A stretch of DNA of 64,000 nucleotides from the human T2T-CHM13v2.0 reference genome, Homo sapiens. The DNA is taken from NCBI RefSeq assembly GCF_009914755.1, contig NC_060941.1; one strand, 5' to 3'. The notes under the pieces are model-generated. The model worked only from the letters and a program-made list of their open reading frames with translations. It ran no database searches and was not told the DNA's origin. Positions 33,201 through 59,531 of this stretch are shown in pieces (positions within the stretch are counted from its first letter, which is position 1; each line of letters starts with the position of its first letter). The position numbers and the translations under genes were made by a program.

Positions 33201-33911
33201 TTCTGCTGGGAAACACAACACACTGCCCTTGTTATTGTAACTGTCAGAGAAGTGCTTAAACAGATAATCTCCAGGAAAAGTGATAAACACGTCCCCTCTC
33301 CCACCAGTATGTGTGCGACGGTGCTGCCAAAGCAAAGCTGTGCCTGACAGCTCCAGGATGGCAAAGCATCCTCCTGCAGGAAATGGGAGTGAGGCAGGAG
33401 GGGCGGAGAGGGAAGAGCAGGGGATGGGAGGCAGGCCCACCTGCCTGGGCCCTCTAAGCCGAGCCAAGGGATGGTGGTTCAGAACCACTGCTTCTGATCA
33501 ATTCCAGTGTTGCCATCAGGGAGAGATTTGAAGGAAACCAGTACCAGTGGGATGGAGTTTGGTTGGTCACAGAAAAATCTGGCAGCGATGGAACTATCAG
33601 AGTTCCCTTGGTGCACACAGCCAGTTTCCTGGCAAGAGCATAAGAAGAGTAATGAAGAGAAGACACAGGATGGATGACACATAAGTCTGATGCTCTGATA
33701 GCAGCAGAGGGGATTCTGAGGGCACTGGGGTCCACGAGCCATTCCAGCCCAGAGAACCAACTATCTGCCTGGCTGCATCACTAAGAGCTGGAGAAAAACG
33801 CAGGCAAGACCACTTATTCACCAATTCCCTCCCCACTGTCTCCTCCCAAAGAAAGGAAATGAATGGTCAGTCACCTCCAAACTACCACCACCTGGAGGCA
33901 ATTTGTTGGCC

Positions 33912-34208
33912 CTTATCTTTCCGACATAAGGCTGCTTTTCTCATGAGTCAGTTACCAGTCAGACACAAGGCTGGCACAGTTCCTAAGCAGCCCACCAAAA
34001 CCTCCTTGTCTACAGGAAGTGGGCAGTGAGAGTATCTTTCAACTGCTGCTGCTTGAGCCACAGAGTTCCCCGTGGCAGCTGCTAGCTGAAGAGGAGGTAG
34101 AGGAAGCAGTCGCTGTATAGGAACGAGACAAAAACAAAATCTCAGAGCAAAAGCAGAGATGTCTTTTCATCATTTTATTCCCTGAGGAGCAGAACGAATG
34201 AGTCAGCA
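33912..34208. promoter_or_regulatory. Candidate intronic enhancer: GATA + AP-1 + ETS + NFE2/ARE motif cluster
   Basis: CTTATCT 33912-18; TGAGTCA 33944-50; ACAGGAAGTG 34012-21; ATGAGTCAGCA 34198-208, all in non-repetitive sequence. Motif evidence only. Confidence 0.5.
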
Positions 34209-34316
34209 GAATCAGGCACTAATACACCCAAGCAAATTATTCATGCACAATGGCAAAACAGAGGCTGACTGAGTGTAAAGCAAGTCATAACATTTCCCTA
34301 AACTGATACAGCCAAG

Positions 34317-34704
34317 TGACATGGTGGAATATTTGTCCCCACCCAAATCTCATGTCGAATTGTAATCCCCACTGCTGGAGATGGGGCCTGGTGGGAGGTG
34401 TCTGGATGGCAGGGTGGATCCCTCAGGGCTTGGGTGCTGTCTATGTGGTAGTGGCTGAATTCTTGCAAGATCTGGTCCTTGAAAAGTAGGTGGGACTGCC
34501 CCACTCTTTGCTCCTGCTTTCGCCATGTAAAGTGCCTGCTCCCCTTTCGCCTTCTGCCATGATTGTAGCCTTCCTTAGGCCTCCCTAGAAGCCGAAATGC
34601 TTCCTGTACAACCTGCAGAACCGTAAGTCAATGAAACCTCTTTACTTTATAAATTATACAGTCTTAGGTATTTGTCTATAGCAATGCAAGAACGGCCTAA
34701 TGCA
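34317..34704 (+). mobile_element. MSTB-like ERVL-MaLR solo LTR with perfect 5-bp TSD (CCAAG)
   Basis: TG...CA termini; cccacccaaatctcatgtcgaattgtaatcccc; tatagcaatgcaagaacggcctaatgca; ccaag at 34312-34316 and 34705-34709. Confidence 0.9.
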
Positions 34705-35099
34705 CCAAGACAAGACAGAAGAAGGTGGAAGGTAATTTCCTCCCTAGGAGCCCTCGCTGTCAGTGTTCCCTTTGGATTTTCTTCTAAAGCTCTTCTGAAA
34801 GTAGGGAAATATGGGGGCAAAGGAAATCCCAATCTTCTAACAAAATGACTTCTCCCATTAATTCCGAAAACACTTGAGTGCCCAATTGTGGAGGATATAA
34901 AGGAAAGTAGGATCCTGTCTGGGAGAAGAAGATAATCTAATAAGGAAGACAGGAAGAATACATACCTACTCAAGTAACTATAATTCAAGACAATGTACTA
35001 CATATCATAAGGAAGATGGAAGTAAGATGTTTCTGTCACCAGAGGGAGAGGAAACCATTTCAGCTAGCATGTAACAGAGAAGGTTTCATGGTAGAGACC

Positions 35100-35990
<891 letters not shown>

Positions 35991-36939
35991 GAAACATCAA
36001 AAGAGGCTGGAGATAATGCTGTTGAGGGGGTACGTAGGGGTGAAGACTGCTGGAGCAGGTCAAAGACTCTCACGTGTATTCTCGGCAGGTTCCAGAGGAT
36101 CCTGAAAACTCAAGAAGAGTAACAACTCACCAAACAAGATCCAAGTAAGGGGGAAGAAACTCAGGACTGCAAAACACCTGGAGGGAGAGAGGTATGTGTC
36201 AAGGAGTCCCCAGGCTCCCTCCCTCTTGGCTCTGGGCCAAGTCCTGTCTTTCCAGAACAAAGACACTTCAGGGGGTCAGAAATACTTGAGGAAGACCTAG
36301 CAAGAGGCGGCCTGGGAAGTCTGAACTGGTGCTCCCTGTGGAAGCCATTAGATATTCGGCACTTCATTTGTTTCCAATTCTTGTACGAGTACAGCTCCAG
36401 GCTGTGGGGTGACAGGCTCCTCTCTGACGTAATCAGGAAGCAGCTGCAAAATTAAGGAATCCCTCATGACATCATAAAAAGGGTCGATGGTTTACTGGGG
36501 AAAGTATAAAAATTAATTACATATTCCCACATGACACCCTTCCCCTAAATCTGTACACACCCTCTCCCACCTCCACACATTCTCTCATCAACAACATCCA
36601 GAAGCCACCTCAATGGACAGGGTACAAAAGGGCAAACAAAACCCAGAGAAGGTTCTTTGATGCACTCACACTGTCTGCCCACCTATTTGGAACTTAACAA
36701 GCAATACCTTGTCCTGGAATTGTTATTCATACAGTAGGTTTCCTCAACAGAATTATAAGCCCCTTGAGGGCAAGAGCTATGTCAAGACTTCACATCCTTG
36801 GAAATCAGCACCATAGAGAGGTTCAAGAAACATTTGCTGCTCATAATAGTAGGCACACTTGCCTCTCTCACTTTGGATCTAACCATGAATGACATGATTC
36901 CACTGTGGCCAGACATAATAACTAAGACATTTTGAGACC

Positions 36940-37115
36940 TATGTTAGGCAAACAATATTTATATATATTATCTCAAAGCTTTACAAAAGGATTGCCTGAG
37001 TATTATTCTCCTTTTTGACATTTGAGGAAACAGGCTCAGAGAGACTAAATGACCTGCCCAATAACACAAGGCTAGAAAGTGCCAGAGCTGGGATCTGAAT
37101 CCAGTTCTGTCTGCT
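36940..37115 (-). mobile_element. MIR
   Basis: tattattctccttttt...tgaggaaacaggctcagagagactaaatgacctgccca...gccagagctgggatctgaatccag. Confidence 0.8.
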
Positions 37116-37279
37116 CTCATGCCCACATTGTTTGCATATCTGATTTTCACACGCCCGTGACTCAAGTGTCACACTCCCACTGCTCCTCTCTCCTTTGCTA
37201 TGAACATGAAAAGCTCAGACTACTCCAACCACAGTGCTGCACAAAGAGCTCAGAGATGATGACTGTGTGGAAGCCAAAA

Positions 37280-39945
<2,666 letters not shown>

Positions 39946-40588
39946 GTAAACACAACAAAAAAAGTAAACCCAAGTAAAACCGAAGAAGATCTGACACAGC
40001 ATTCCAGAAAGTTTTACACAGAAAAGGGTTACTCAGTCACTTGGGGGATACTTTCTCAATTAACAGTAGCTGATTACCCTGTCCAGATGCTGGAGCCCCT
40101 TGTTCTCATCTTCTGCTGCCTGGCCTGAGCTGGTGGAGATGCCCAGTTGCGGCTCCTCACCAGCTTACACAAGAAACTGTCAGGGGCAACCAGAAGGAAA
40201 ATAAAATAAAATTAAAAAAAAAAAAAAAAAAAAAAAAGAAAAGTTCACTGAAGACAGAACTTCTGTCTAAAGAATAAGGAGTATAGCAAGAGAACGTCAT
40301 CGTCAAGGCCGTGAATCACTGGATCAGTAAATTCCACAGCAAGCAGCACAAGATGAAGGTGATGAGAAAGTGAAGAAAGATGACGAATGAATTGCAGAAA
40401 CTGAGTGAGCAGTTAAAAAATGTTCTTGCTTCTCAAAAATAAGGTACACATCTCAAACCAATGGTATGCACATTCTTCAAGAAAGGGCAGTCAGAGGAAA
40501 AAGCGGCTTCAAACATGAGTCTGAGTACTGTTTTCTTCATAAAGGAAACTACTTAGGCATTTTTGGTGTTGCTTTGGATTATCAATCA

Positions 40589-43832
<3,244 letters not shown>

Positions 43833-43929
43833 TAGAGTAATGACATTTAGAAACACATTAGTCTGACCCTTCACTTGAACTGTTAAGAGTTCATAACTGG
43901 AGGCTAATTTGATAAAGAAAAGTAGACAT

Positions 43930-44160
43930 ACATGAGTACCCAGTAGGTAACAAAGCCTTGGACAAGGTGTTTTGCGTATTTTATCTAACACTCAGAAAAC
44001 CCCTGAGAATTGGCACTGATAACCTGCTTTATGAACAAAGAAACTCAACCTCAGAGACGGTAAGTAAACTTTCGTCATCAAGGTCACACAGCTGGCAAGT
44101 GGCTGAGTAGAGAATTCTCGCCCTCCATCAGGTTGATTCCAAAGCTCTGTACAGCATTAC
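43930..44160 (-). mobile_element. MIR
   Basis: gaaactcaacctcagagacggtaagtaaac...aaggtcacacagctggcaagtggctgag...gattccaaagc. Confidence 0.7.
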
Positions 44161-45234
44161 CACACAGCTGCTGCCTTCTGCAGGTGAGACAATGATCTCC
44201 AGAAGTGCTAGGCCCCCTCCAGAGGACACCCTGGCTTTCCCTTCTTCTTTATATAGGACTCCAGGGCCAAGAAATGTCCTGGGGGCTCTATCAATACATC
44301 TTGGCAAGAAAGACAGCAAACCATCTACTCTCTACAAGAAAAAATGAAAACACTTCTAAATGGGTGCTTCCCTTGTTCCAGGAAATACCCATGCAGTTTC
44401 AGAAATGGTACTCCAATAGATTTCCTGGAAAATAAATAAATAAGTAAGTTGCCAGTCAAAACACACTTTGGCCATTTCCACCTTAGTTGTGTCTCTGGAT
44501 TGATATTTTTGTTACTTACAGGTTACTGTCTGAGCCCAGAGTTATTCAATACACATCCCCTCTTGGGCAGGACAGAGCTGCTGCCAGCAGAATAGCATGC
44601 TGGCACTGGACGAGTCCCTTAGTAATGGGGCCCAGGAGAACGAGGGCCTGCCATTCCAGCATCTCATTTGGAAGAGTTACAAGCAGATCTTGCAGGACAG
44701 AGTTTCTGCTTCTACACTGCTTGCCAGACGTTTTGGGAAGCTTGCCTCTCTCCCAGTATTTGAGGAAAAGCAAAGGAAGAGTAGAAAAGCATGGCAGGTC
44801 TTTAATTAAACAAGACAGGTAGTCCCTATGGAATCCCATACAGCAGATATGAGGTGTCCTGTGTCAAAAGTTATTTAAGGTTGTGGAGGAGAAGTGATAT
44901 GAAAGAGGCTTCCTAAGAGGCATACCCATTAGCCAATCTAGAAGGAAGTTTTCCTGTTAACAGTCAGGAGGGAGAAATATAGCTATATCACTTTTAATAA
45001 AGCAAGGAGAGATTTGGCTGCTGATTCAGACACACACCTTGAAACCCACCTCTGCTGGTGTGAAGCTTCAGGAGCACTTTGAGCCAGAAGTAAAAATTAG
45101 GGAGGGATAATGCCTGCAGACACCCTGATTCAGAGAAACTCCATTGACAGGGCAGGCAGAGGGGCAGGGAAGTGTTCTGCTTCCATTTTTACAAATTAAC
45201 TCAATTTCTTTTCATTCTGTGGCTTCCTGAACGA

Positions 45235-51683
<6,449 letters not shown>

Positions 51684-52645
51684 ATGGATGAGTCAATTTT
51701 GAATAAACTTGCGATTCCAGGTGAAAATATAGAACAAAAAGTTAGAAATGTGGGCCAAAGTTCATGAAAAAGATCAGGGCAGTAAAGAAATTTTGCGAGG
51801 GTGCACAGAGATGACAGTTGAAACGACAAGATTTTACAATACACCAATGGGGAAAGAGAAAGAGGAGGGCAAACGTAGTATCTTTAGTTAATGCTGATAT
51901 ACTGGATGCTGCACGAGAAAGAGGAAACCCAAGAAACAGGCAGAGAGGATGAGCAAACCGAGAGAAAACAGATACAGCATTTCTGGAAATGCTGTCTGCA
52001 GCCAACAAAGGCAAAAGCTTTAAAAAAAAATAAAATAAAAAAAAAAGCAAGCTAAGAGCTAAGAAGAAAGACACATAATGAGTGCTTAACAAACCCTTGT
52101 TAACTAACTGAGTGGGATACATGACCTGCAGGATGCTCAGCTTTTACACCTAGGTAAGCCAAGACACAGATTAGCTTCTGCTTGAGCAATCTGGAAGAAA
52201 TCCCCTTCTGAAAGGCTTCTTTCAAGAGCATTCCCAAGGATCTCCTGAACAAACTGCCGGGGTACTTGAGAAGGATCACCATGCTTGACTACCAAATTCC
52301 AACCTCAGTCAAACCGATGGACTTTCAAATACATAGAACTTCCTGGAGGAGCTGGATTTTATTAAAAAAAAAAAAAATAGAAAAAAGATACATAGAACAT
52401 GCTATAACAGGATGTCTTAGACTGGACAACAGTTCAAAGGTGAAAGAAAAAAAGAAGTTAACAATCATAAAAAATAAGAAAAAATACATAGACAAATTCT
52501 AATACATATATATATTTTTGCTTCAGAACATTTTTTGGGAGGTAAACATTTTTAATAATAGCAACATCATTACTGACTTGAAGGAAAATAAATAACTCTT
52601 CTTAGCCTTGGCACCCTAAAGAAAATAACAAAAAGGTGTTATTTG

Positions 52646-52961
<316 letters not shown>

Positions 52962-54271
52962 TCAGTCTTGGCTGGAATAAACAGAAAGTAGTTTACCTTC
53001 TATGCATAGACACATAGAAGGAATATACATTCTGTTACTGTGCCCAACACGGCTATGCCATATTCTTCACTGACTCACTGACCTTCCCTGTTTCCCTCTG
53101 GGTGTGGCTGGGGATCCCCACATCCACATCTCTCGCTCCAACTCTTCCTGCCCAACCTGCCAATCAAAAGCCAAGGCTCCAAGCATCACAGACTCCCCAA
53201 GAGCCAGTTTGGTTATATTTCCCACAGAGATCTGAAAACCTGCTGGAGCTCCAGAAGTCAGTACCAATTTCAAATCTGATCAGCATCTCTGAAAGTCACA
53301 GTTACCATATAGCTGAATATTTTTTCATAAATTTAATGCCAGCGTGTCTGTTTGGAAACTTTGAAAATACATGTTGTATGGTTTACTGCACTGGAAAAGG
53401 TGCCAACAGAGTTTCAAAGGAAGGGAAGTGTATAACTGTTTCCTTTCAAATGCATTTTCCAATGGGATCCATTCAGCGAAAAGGCTGGAACTAACTAAAA
53501 CATTATTAAAACTGTTATGGAAAGAGACAGGGAGATGGAAAAAGATAGACCCAAAAAAGTGAAATACATAAGCAAGAGTGAGACAGACATACGAGGAAAA
53601 AGAAAGGGGATCTGGGCAGAGAGACAGGTTGGACAGGGAAATGGGGTGAGATGGAGTTTTGTCTGGCAGTTGCTGTTCGTGGTTTTATATTGCTGCAGAT
53701 CAATCGATCAGGACTGCAGTGCTGCTGGCCCAGTGGCACAAGACAAACCACAGAGTTGGCTTTACGTTCGGCACTTGCGAACTGCTGACCTTCAGTTTTC
53801 AAACCAAAAATATTCTTTGGTAAACAGTAATACCAGGTTCAGTCCAACCAGTCAAGAGAAAACAAGGACTACTAACCTGAAGTAGCACCCTATTCAGTTA
53901 CATCAGGCACCAACCCTTCATAGGCATCAACCGGGGATGTCTGCAAACCTGAAACCACACCCTACCAAACTAACTCCAGGTTCTGACTCAACCAACTAGG
54001 CAGTGATAACCAGGAATGCTCAAATAAGTGACATGTTTCAAAATTGGCTTAACCGGGACCTACTCAAGCGGGAAGGCCAGTCCACACTCACAGAGCCAGA
54101 AACACAGCAATGCTTTCTGAGGTCACATGTGCATGACTCCAGTGGAATCTGCATGCAATGCTCAGGGCAGGGTTTGGCGCTGCCTCACGAAGCCATTACA
54201 TTTCTAGACAAAGAATTAACAGTTTGTAGTGAGTGGGTTATCTGTTATTTCTTGCTGAATTCATCTAAGCT

Positions 54272-54390
54272 AGCATGATGCTAAAATTTATCGCCTAAAC
54301 TGGGATACTTCCGAGAGTGAAGGGGTGTGCTATGAGTAATTCATAAATAGGATCCATCCCTGGGCAAACCAGGACTTACAGTCACCCTGG
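54272..54390. mobile_element. MER94-like hAT relic
   Basis: tttatcgcctaaactgggatacttccgagagtgaagggg...ccctgggcaaaccaggacttacagtcaccctg. Confidence 0.6.
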
Positions 54391-56339
54391 CCTAAACCAT
54401 AGGATCTTTTTTCTTCTCTGGGTCAGTATTATAAAACTCTACCTCAGAAGAATCTTTTCAAGAGGCAGAACTGCTCTGCTGAGTGCCAAAGCACTTTCTT
54501 TTTGAGCTCCTCCAATGGAGAGGTAAACAAATCAATTAAGTTAACTACAAAAACTAACAAGAAAGATTGAGCTGACAATCAGGATTCTGGAGAAGCTCAA
54601 AATTCCAAGCAGCAGCTTCAGAGAAGGGAAATGTGCCACAGATGGAGCTGTGGAGGCTGATCCACCCGGCCTCTCAGCGCTAGGCCCTGATGCCGCAGCC
54701 AGCTTCAAACAACAGAATGCAGGGCGGGCAGACGTTGGTGCGAGTTTGCTGAGTTCCAGGCCATCGTTCTTGAGGGTGTAATAACCATGGGCTGTAGCAC
54801 ACATGTTGAGGGATGAGGGAAAAAAATAAACAGAGAGACAAAAGAATGAGGATGCACTGCCAATTTCAATTGTGCAGCTTTTATTTTTAAATGCTTATCA
54901 AGCTGAGAGAGAGCAGAGTTCTTGGAAAACAAGGTTTCCTTTTTTCCAATGCCAGGGTAAAACACCCTCAAGGATGGGCACTGCACAGACTGTAACAACA
55001 AGGAACGTGGCTTTGCATCCTCCCAGCAACAAAGTCTACCACGGATCCCACCCCACTCTGATTTCGGCTCAGCCGAGAACTTGAAATAACGGGCCCACTG
55101 CCTCTGGTAAAAACTGCTCTTTTAAAATTTTTTATTAATCTCCAAACTGGCTGTGTTAGAATTACAGCCCATTACCTACCAACTCTCTTCACTAATAAAA
55201 TAAATTTGTAAAAGCCCTAATTACTACTTTTACTGAACTACACTGTTTGGGGATCAAGTACAGGAAGCTGAGAGTTCAACCATTTGTCAGCCAGGGGATG
55301 ATGGGGAGAGGACCGGGGGACCTAGAGTCACTAGCAGGAACATAAGGCCCAGAGATAAGTCTCAGAACCCATGCCCAAAAAGAAACAAAAGGTCACTAAC
55401 CCTGTTTTTGTTCTCAACAGCTCCACGAGGATCCATGCCATCATGGCACTTTGGGAGGCCTGTCACGAGTTACACAGGCCTAGGCTGCCCACACCCCAGC
55501 TCAGCAGAAAAAGAGAACTGCAATCCAAGTCAGACAGATCCTGCCTGGACTCTCCGCAGAGAGCCTGGAGAGTCTGACCAGCAAAGAAACAGCAATCTTC
55601 CTACCTACCCCACTCTCAATCCCCCCCACCCCAATCCAGGCTCCCGAAGAAGAAAAACAAACAACAACAGAGCAGGCAATTGCACAAGAGCTGCAGAGTG
55701 AAGGCGAGGTGGACGGCAACGGCTTCTCGGCTGTGCCCCGTATCTCTTCCCAGAACACTGATGACAAAGCTGGAGACGTTACTCACATGCTGAGCCAGTC
55801 AGCCCCTCACCCAGGGCTGGTGCTGAGAAGTCTGACTAGAAACCGGCAGTCAACGCTGACACACTCATTTATAATAAAAGGTGTATATTAAACAAACTAG
55901 TCAAATCCTTAAACAAAAAGTAAGGGCAAAATGTGACTGTCATTCTTAATTGTCCATGCAAAATCCTCCCGGTTAAATTCCATGTGTCTCCTGGACTTTG
56001 ATAAATGTTATTTCTCCTCTCAAGAACATGAACAGAGATACCGCTGTCGAAGTAGCTCTCTTGGAAAGAAACCTGATAAGAAAACCTGCTATGGCAGGTG
56101 AGTGAAACCTGTGACGGACACCATTTTGGGGGATGACCAGACTGGAACATAATATTTCACTGAGGCAGAGGGGTCTGTGGTTACTTTCTGCATGCCACAT
56201 GTCTAGCCCTAAAGAACTGAGGAATGCTCTCGACAGGAAAAACACAGCAGCCAATGCTGCGATACCAAAGCCACAACTCCACGGGGCCCTGGAGCCTCTC
56301 AAACTAAGCTGCCAGCTAGGGAGCTAACACTAGCTTTGG

Positions 56340-57345
56340 ATAAAACACAGCTCTGGTACAGTAATTAATTTTTTTCTTAACTAGGATTACATTAATTTTC
56401 AAGGACTAATGGAGTCCAGCTGTAATGTGAAGAGTGGCTGCTGATGCACAAAGGCACTTGTGCGTACATTATAAACACACACACACACGCGCGCGCACAC
56501 ACACACACAGACCTATAAAAAGGATCTACTATAACAGGATATTTTTAGTTTCTACAATGCTGCACTAAAAATACAGTCCCGGCTGATACATCATGGCAGA
56601 ACTATTCTCTCTCTGTCCCTTCAGGAACAGTTTAAAACATTTATTTTTGTTTCCTTTTGCGATGGTCAGAGTAGAGAGAGAAAATAGCAACTCATTGATA
56701 AGAGGAAACGAGACAGACATGAAAAATTGAAAACTACCTAAAAACTCATGGAGAGGTTTATTTTATTAGTTCTTAATAAATATCTTGCAGATTTCCTCAG
56801 GAAATACACCAGATCACATGTAAAATAGTTTGATACTGATGTCAACTGCATCAACATATGAAGTCTATTAGGGTGAAGCCGCAGCAGGGTGATCAGCGTG
56901 CTGAAAAACTCCACAGTACTTGTGTGTGTGGGGGGGGATCTCACGGCCTTCCAAATTCTTCGAGAGGTAAAAAAGTCAGCCAAGACGCAGAGAGAGAAAG
57001 AGAGAGAAAAAAAGATCCCACATCCTGCTTTCAGCTGCCAGCAATGTGAAGTGCCCAGAGATTAATTCTACGTCTGGCCTGGAAATGCGACTTTAAAGCA
57101 TGAGGGAGGGGAGTGAGGGTGGGTGGGGGGCGGCGAGGAGGAAAGAGGAAAGAGAAGGGCAGGCTAACCGAGGCTGGCAGCAGGCCACCAACCCCTTCCC
57201 AAGCCATGTTTCAATGCAGACAGAAGTAAACCCCTATAGACAGCAGCGCCTCAGCCTGCCAGGGCCTTACACCAGCTGCAGTGCATCTCGCGCTCTCCCT
57301 CAGCCCTGAGTGCAGATGTTCCCCGCAGCATCACTTCCGCTACAC
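56340..57345. promoter_or_regulatory. Candidate internal promoter/enhancer block
   Basis: TAAT cluster, Z-DNA-prone tract, TATAAAA at 56514, paired MEF2-like sites, GC-box/G4 at 57104-57133 and ETS CACTTCCGC at 57332-57340, within a ~6 kb Alu-free island. Confidence 0.45.
56475..56509. repeat. (AC)n(GC)n(AC)n alternating purine-pyrimidine tract, 35 bp
   Basis: acacacacacacacgcgcgcgcacacacacacaca. Confidence 0.95.
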
Positions 57346-58993
57346 TTTCTTTTAAAGAAACAGCGCACACATAGAGGTATTTCTGCCTCTTCCCAGTAGG
57401 CAGAAATTTTTGGCCTTCAGGGATCTCGGGCAAGGTGGAAACTCGGATGGCAGGTACCACGATGGTAAAGCAGCTACCCCAATCTCCCTTGGAAGGGACC
57501 AACCAAGGTATCCAAGGAATGGGGTCAAGAGCATTAGTGAGGTAATAGGAATTTTTTTTACAGATTTGGCTTTCTACTGTCTTCAGAGGGAGAGAGAGAG
57601 GTCCCCACAGTTTGGGGCTAAGAAAAGGGGGGGAAAAAGTAGGCTGAAGATTTAAACCGTGATTTCTCAAAGCAGTCTACTGTAACATTACCATCTCAAA
57701 GGGATTCTGATGACTTCATCATCATGGAAGTCTTACAGAATTTTTTAAAAATATAATTCTAAGGTATTAACATTTTGCAAGGCACAAATACTTACCTATA
57801 AGACATAATTTTTTTAAATCAACAATCTGTTAATTTCTTATTTGCCTAAACTCTTTATACATTTTCAGACCTTAGAAAATCAATCAATCAATCACTGATT
57901 AGGCACCTAACTTTTTCAAAATTTCTGGCCCTTTTTTGTGAGAATAAGCATCTAATTTTGGAGTTAGCCTTGAACATTGTTAGGAATTTGCTAAAATATT
58001 ATATAGTCTCTTGTCCCCATGGAGACATACTCTAGTTGAGGGATTTATGCATTTTATGAAGCTAAAATAATTCCATTTTCAAGATGAGCTAAATATTCCC
58101 TAATTGATCTATGAGGTTGTTAGTTCTTCTGGAATGCAGGAAGAGTTAGAAGAATCAGTAATGTCAAAATGTCAAAAAAAAACAAGACAACTGGTATACC
58201 CTCAAAACCTAAGTTGCTTCTTTTGAAATTCAAGTTCAAAATAAGAAACAGAATCTTCCTTTATGGGAAGGGGAGAAACACTGGCAATCAGTGGCGAACA
58301 CATTATGGCAGGAAAGTTTAATTCAACAAACATTTATTAAATGTATTCCATCCACAAGGTACTGGACGTAGAAACAGGTTTGGAAATGGTTAAGTAATTT
58401 GCATAACACAGCAAGTAAACAATCAGAATTAGAACCTAGTTTTATCTAATTTCAAATATTTCTTTTTATCATTATAATTTTTAAAAATACATTTACACAA
58501 TACATTATTACTAAAGTATTGTGATAATTTCAGAAAACTACAAAAATACAGAGAAAAAAGAAAATTTAAAACATGTTTAATTCTACCATCTTAGAGAATC
58601 ATGGGTAAGTTTTGATGGATATCCATCAGTCTATTAAAATTAATATATGTATAATATATATTATTTTACCAAAATGTGATCAATTGCAAAGTTCATAACC
58701 ATGAAGCCACACGGTCTTCAGGAAAAGCAGAGATCACATTTTTGGCAGCTGACCACTCCCAACCACCAGAAAACAGAAGAGTCATGGTCCAACTCTAAAC
58801 TGGGCAGGATTTTTCTATTCCATCTTTACACTTCTCTCTGAACTCTTTAAAGCAAAGAAATTTAAAAATATCTCATTACCCTCTACCATCCTCCTGCACA
58901 TCACCTAGAGCCCAAGACAGCCAAGTGCACTGGCTCCCCTCAGCCACCTTCCACAGTACTTCCAGAGCCAAAGAATAAACAATGAAAAGGACC

Positions 58994-59341
<348 letters not shown>

Positions 59342-59531
59342 TTAAATGTTTAAATGTCTGGCTGAGTATGGCACCCTGAGCCCCCACAGACAGCCTACTC
59401 TCTTGCTGTTCAGCTCAATAGAAGGTTTAATCCAAGAGCTTTTACTCCAAAAGAATGATGTGCTTCTCCCATAACATTCTGTTATGGTGCAGACAATTCA
59501 TTCGTTAGTAAAAAAATAAGATAACCAAATA

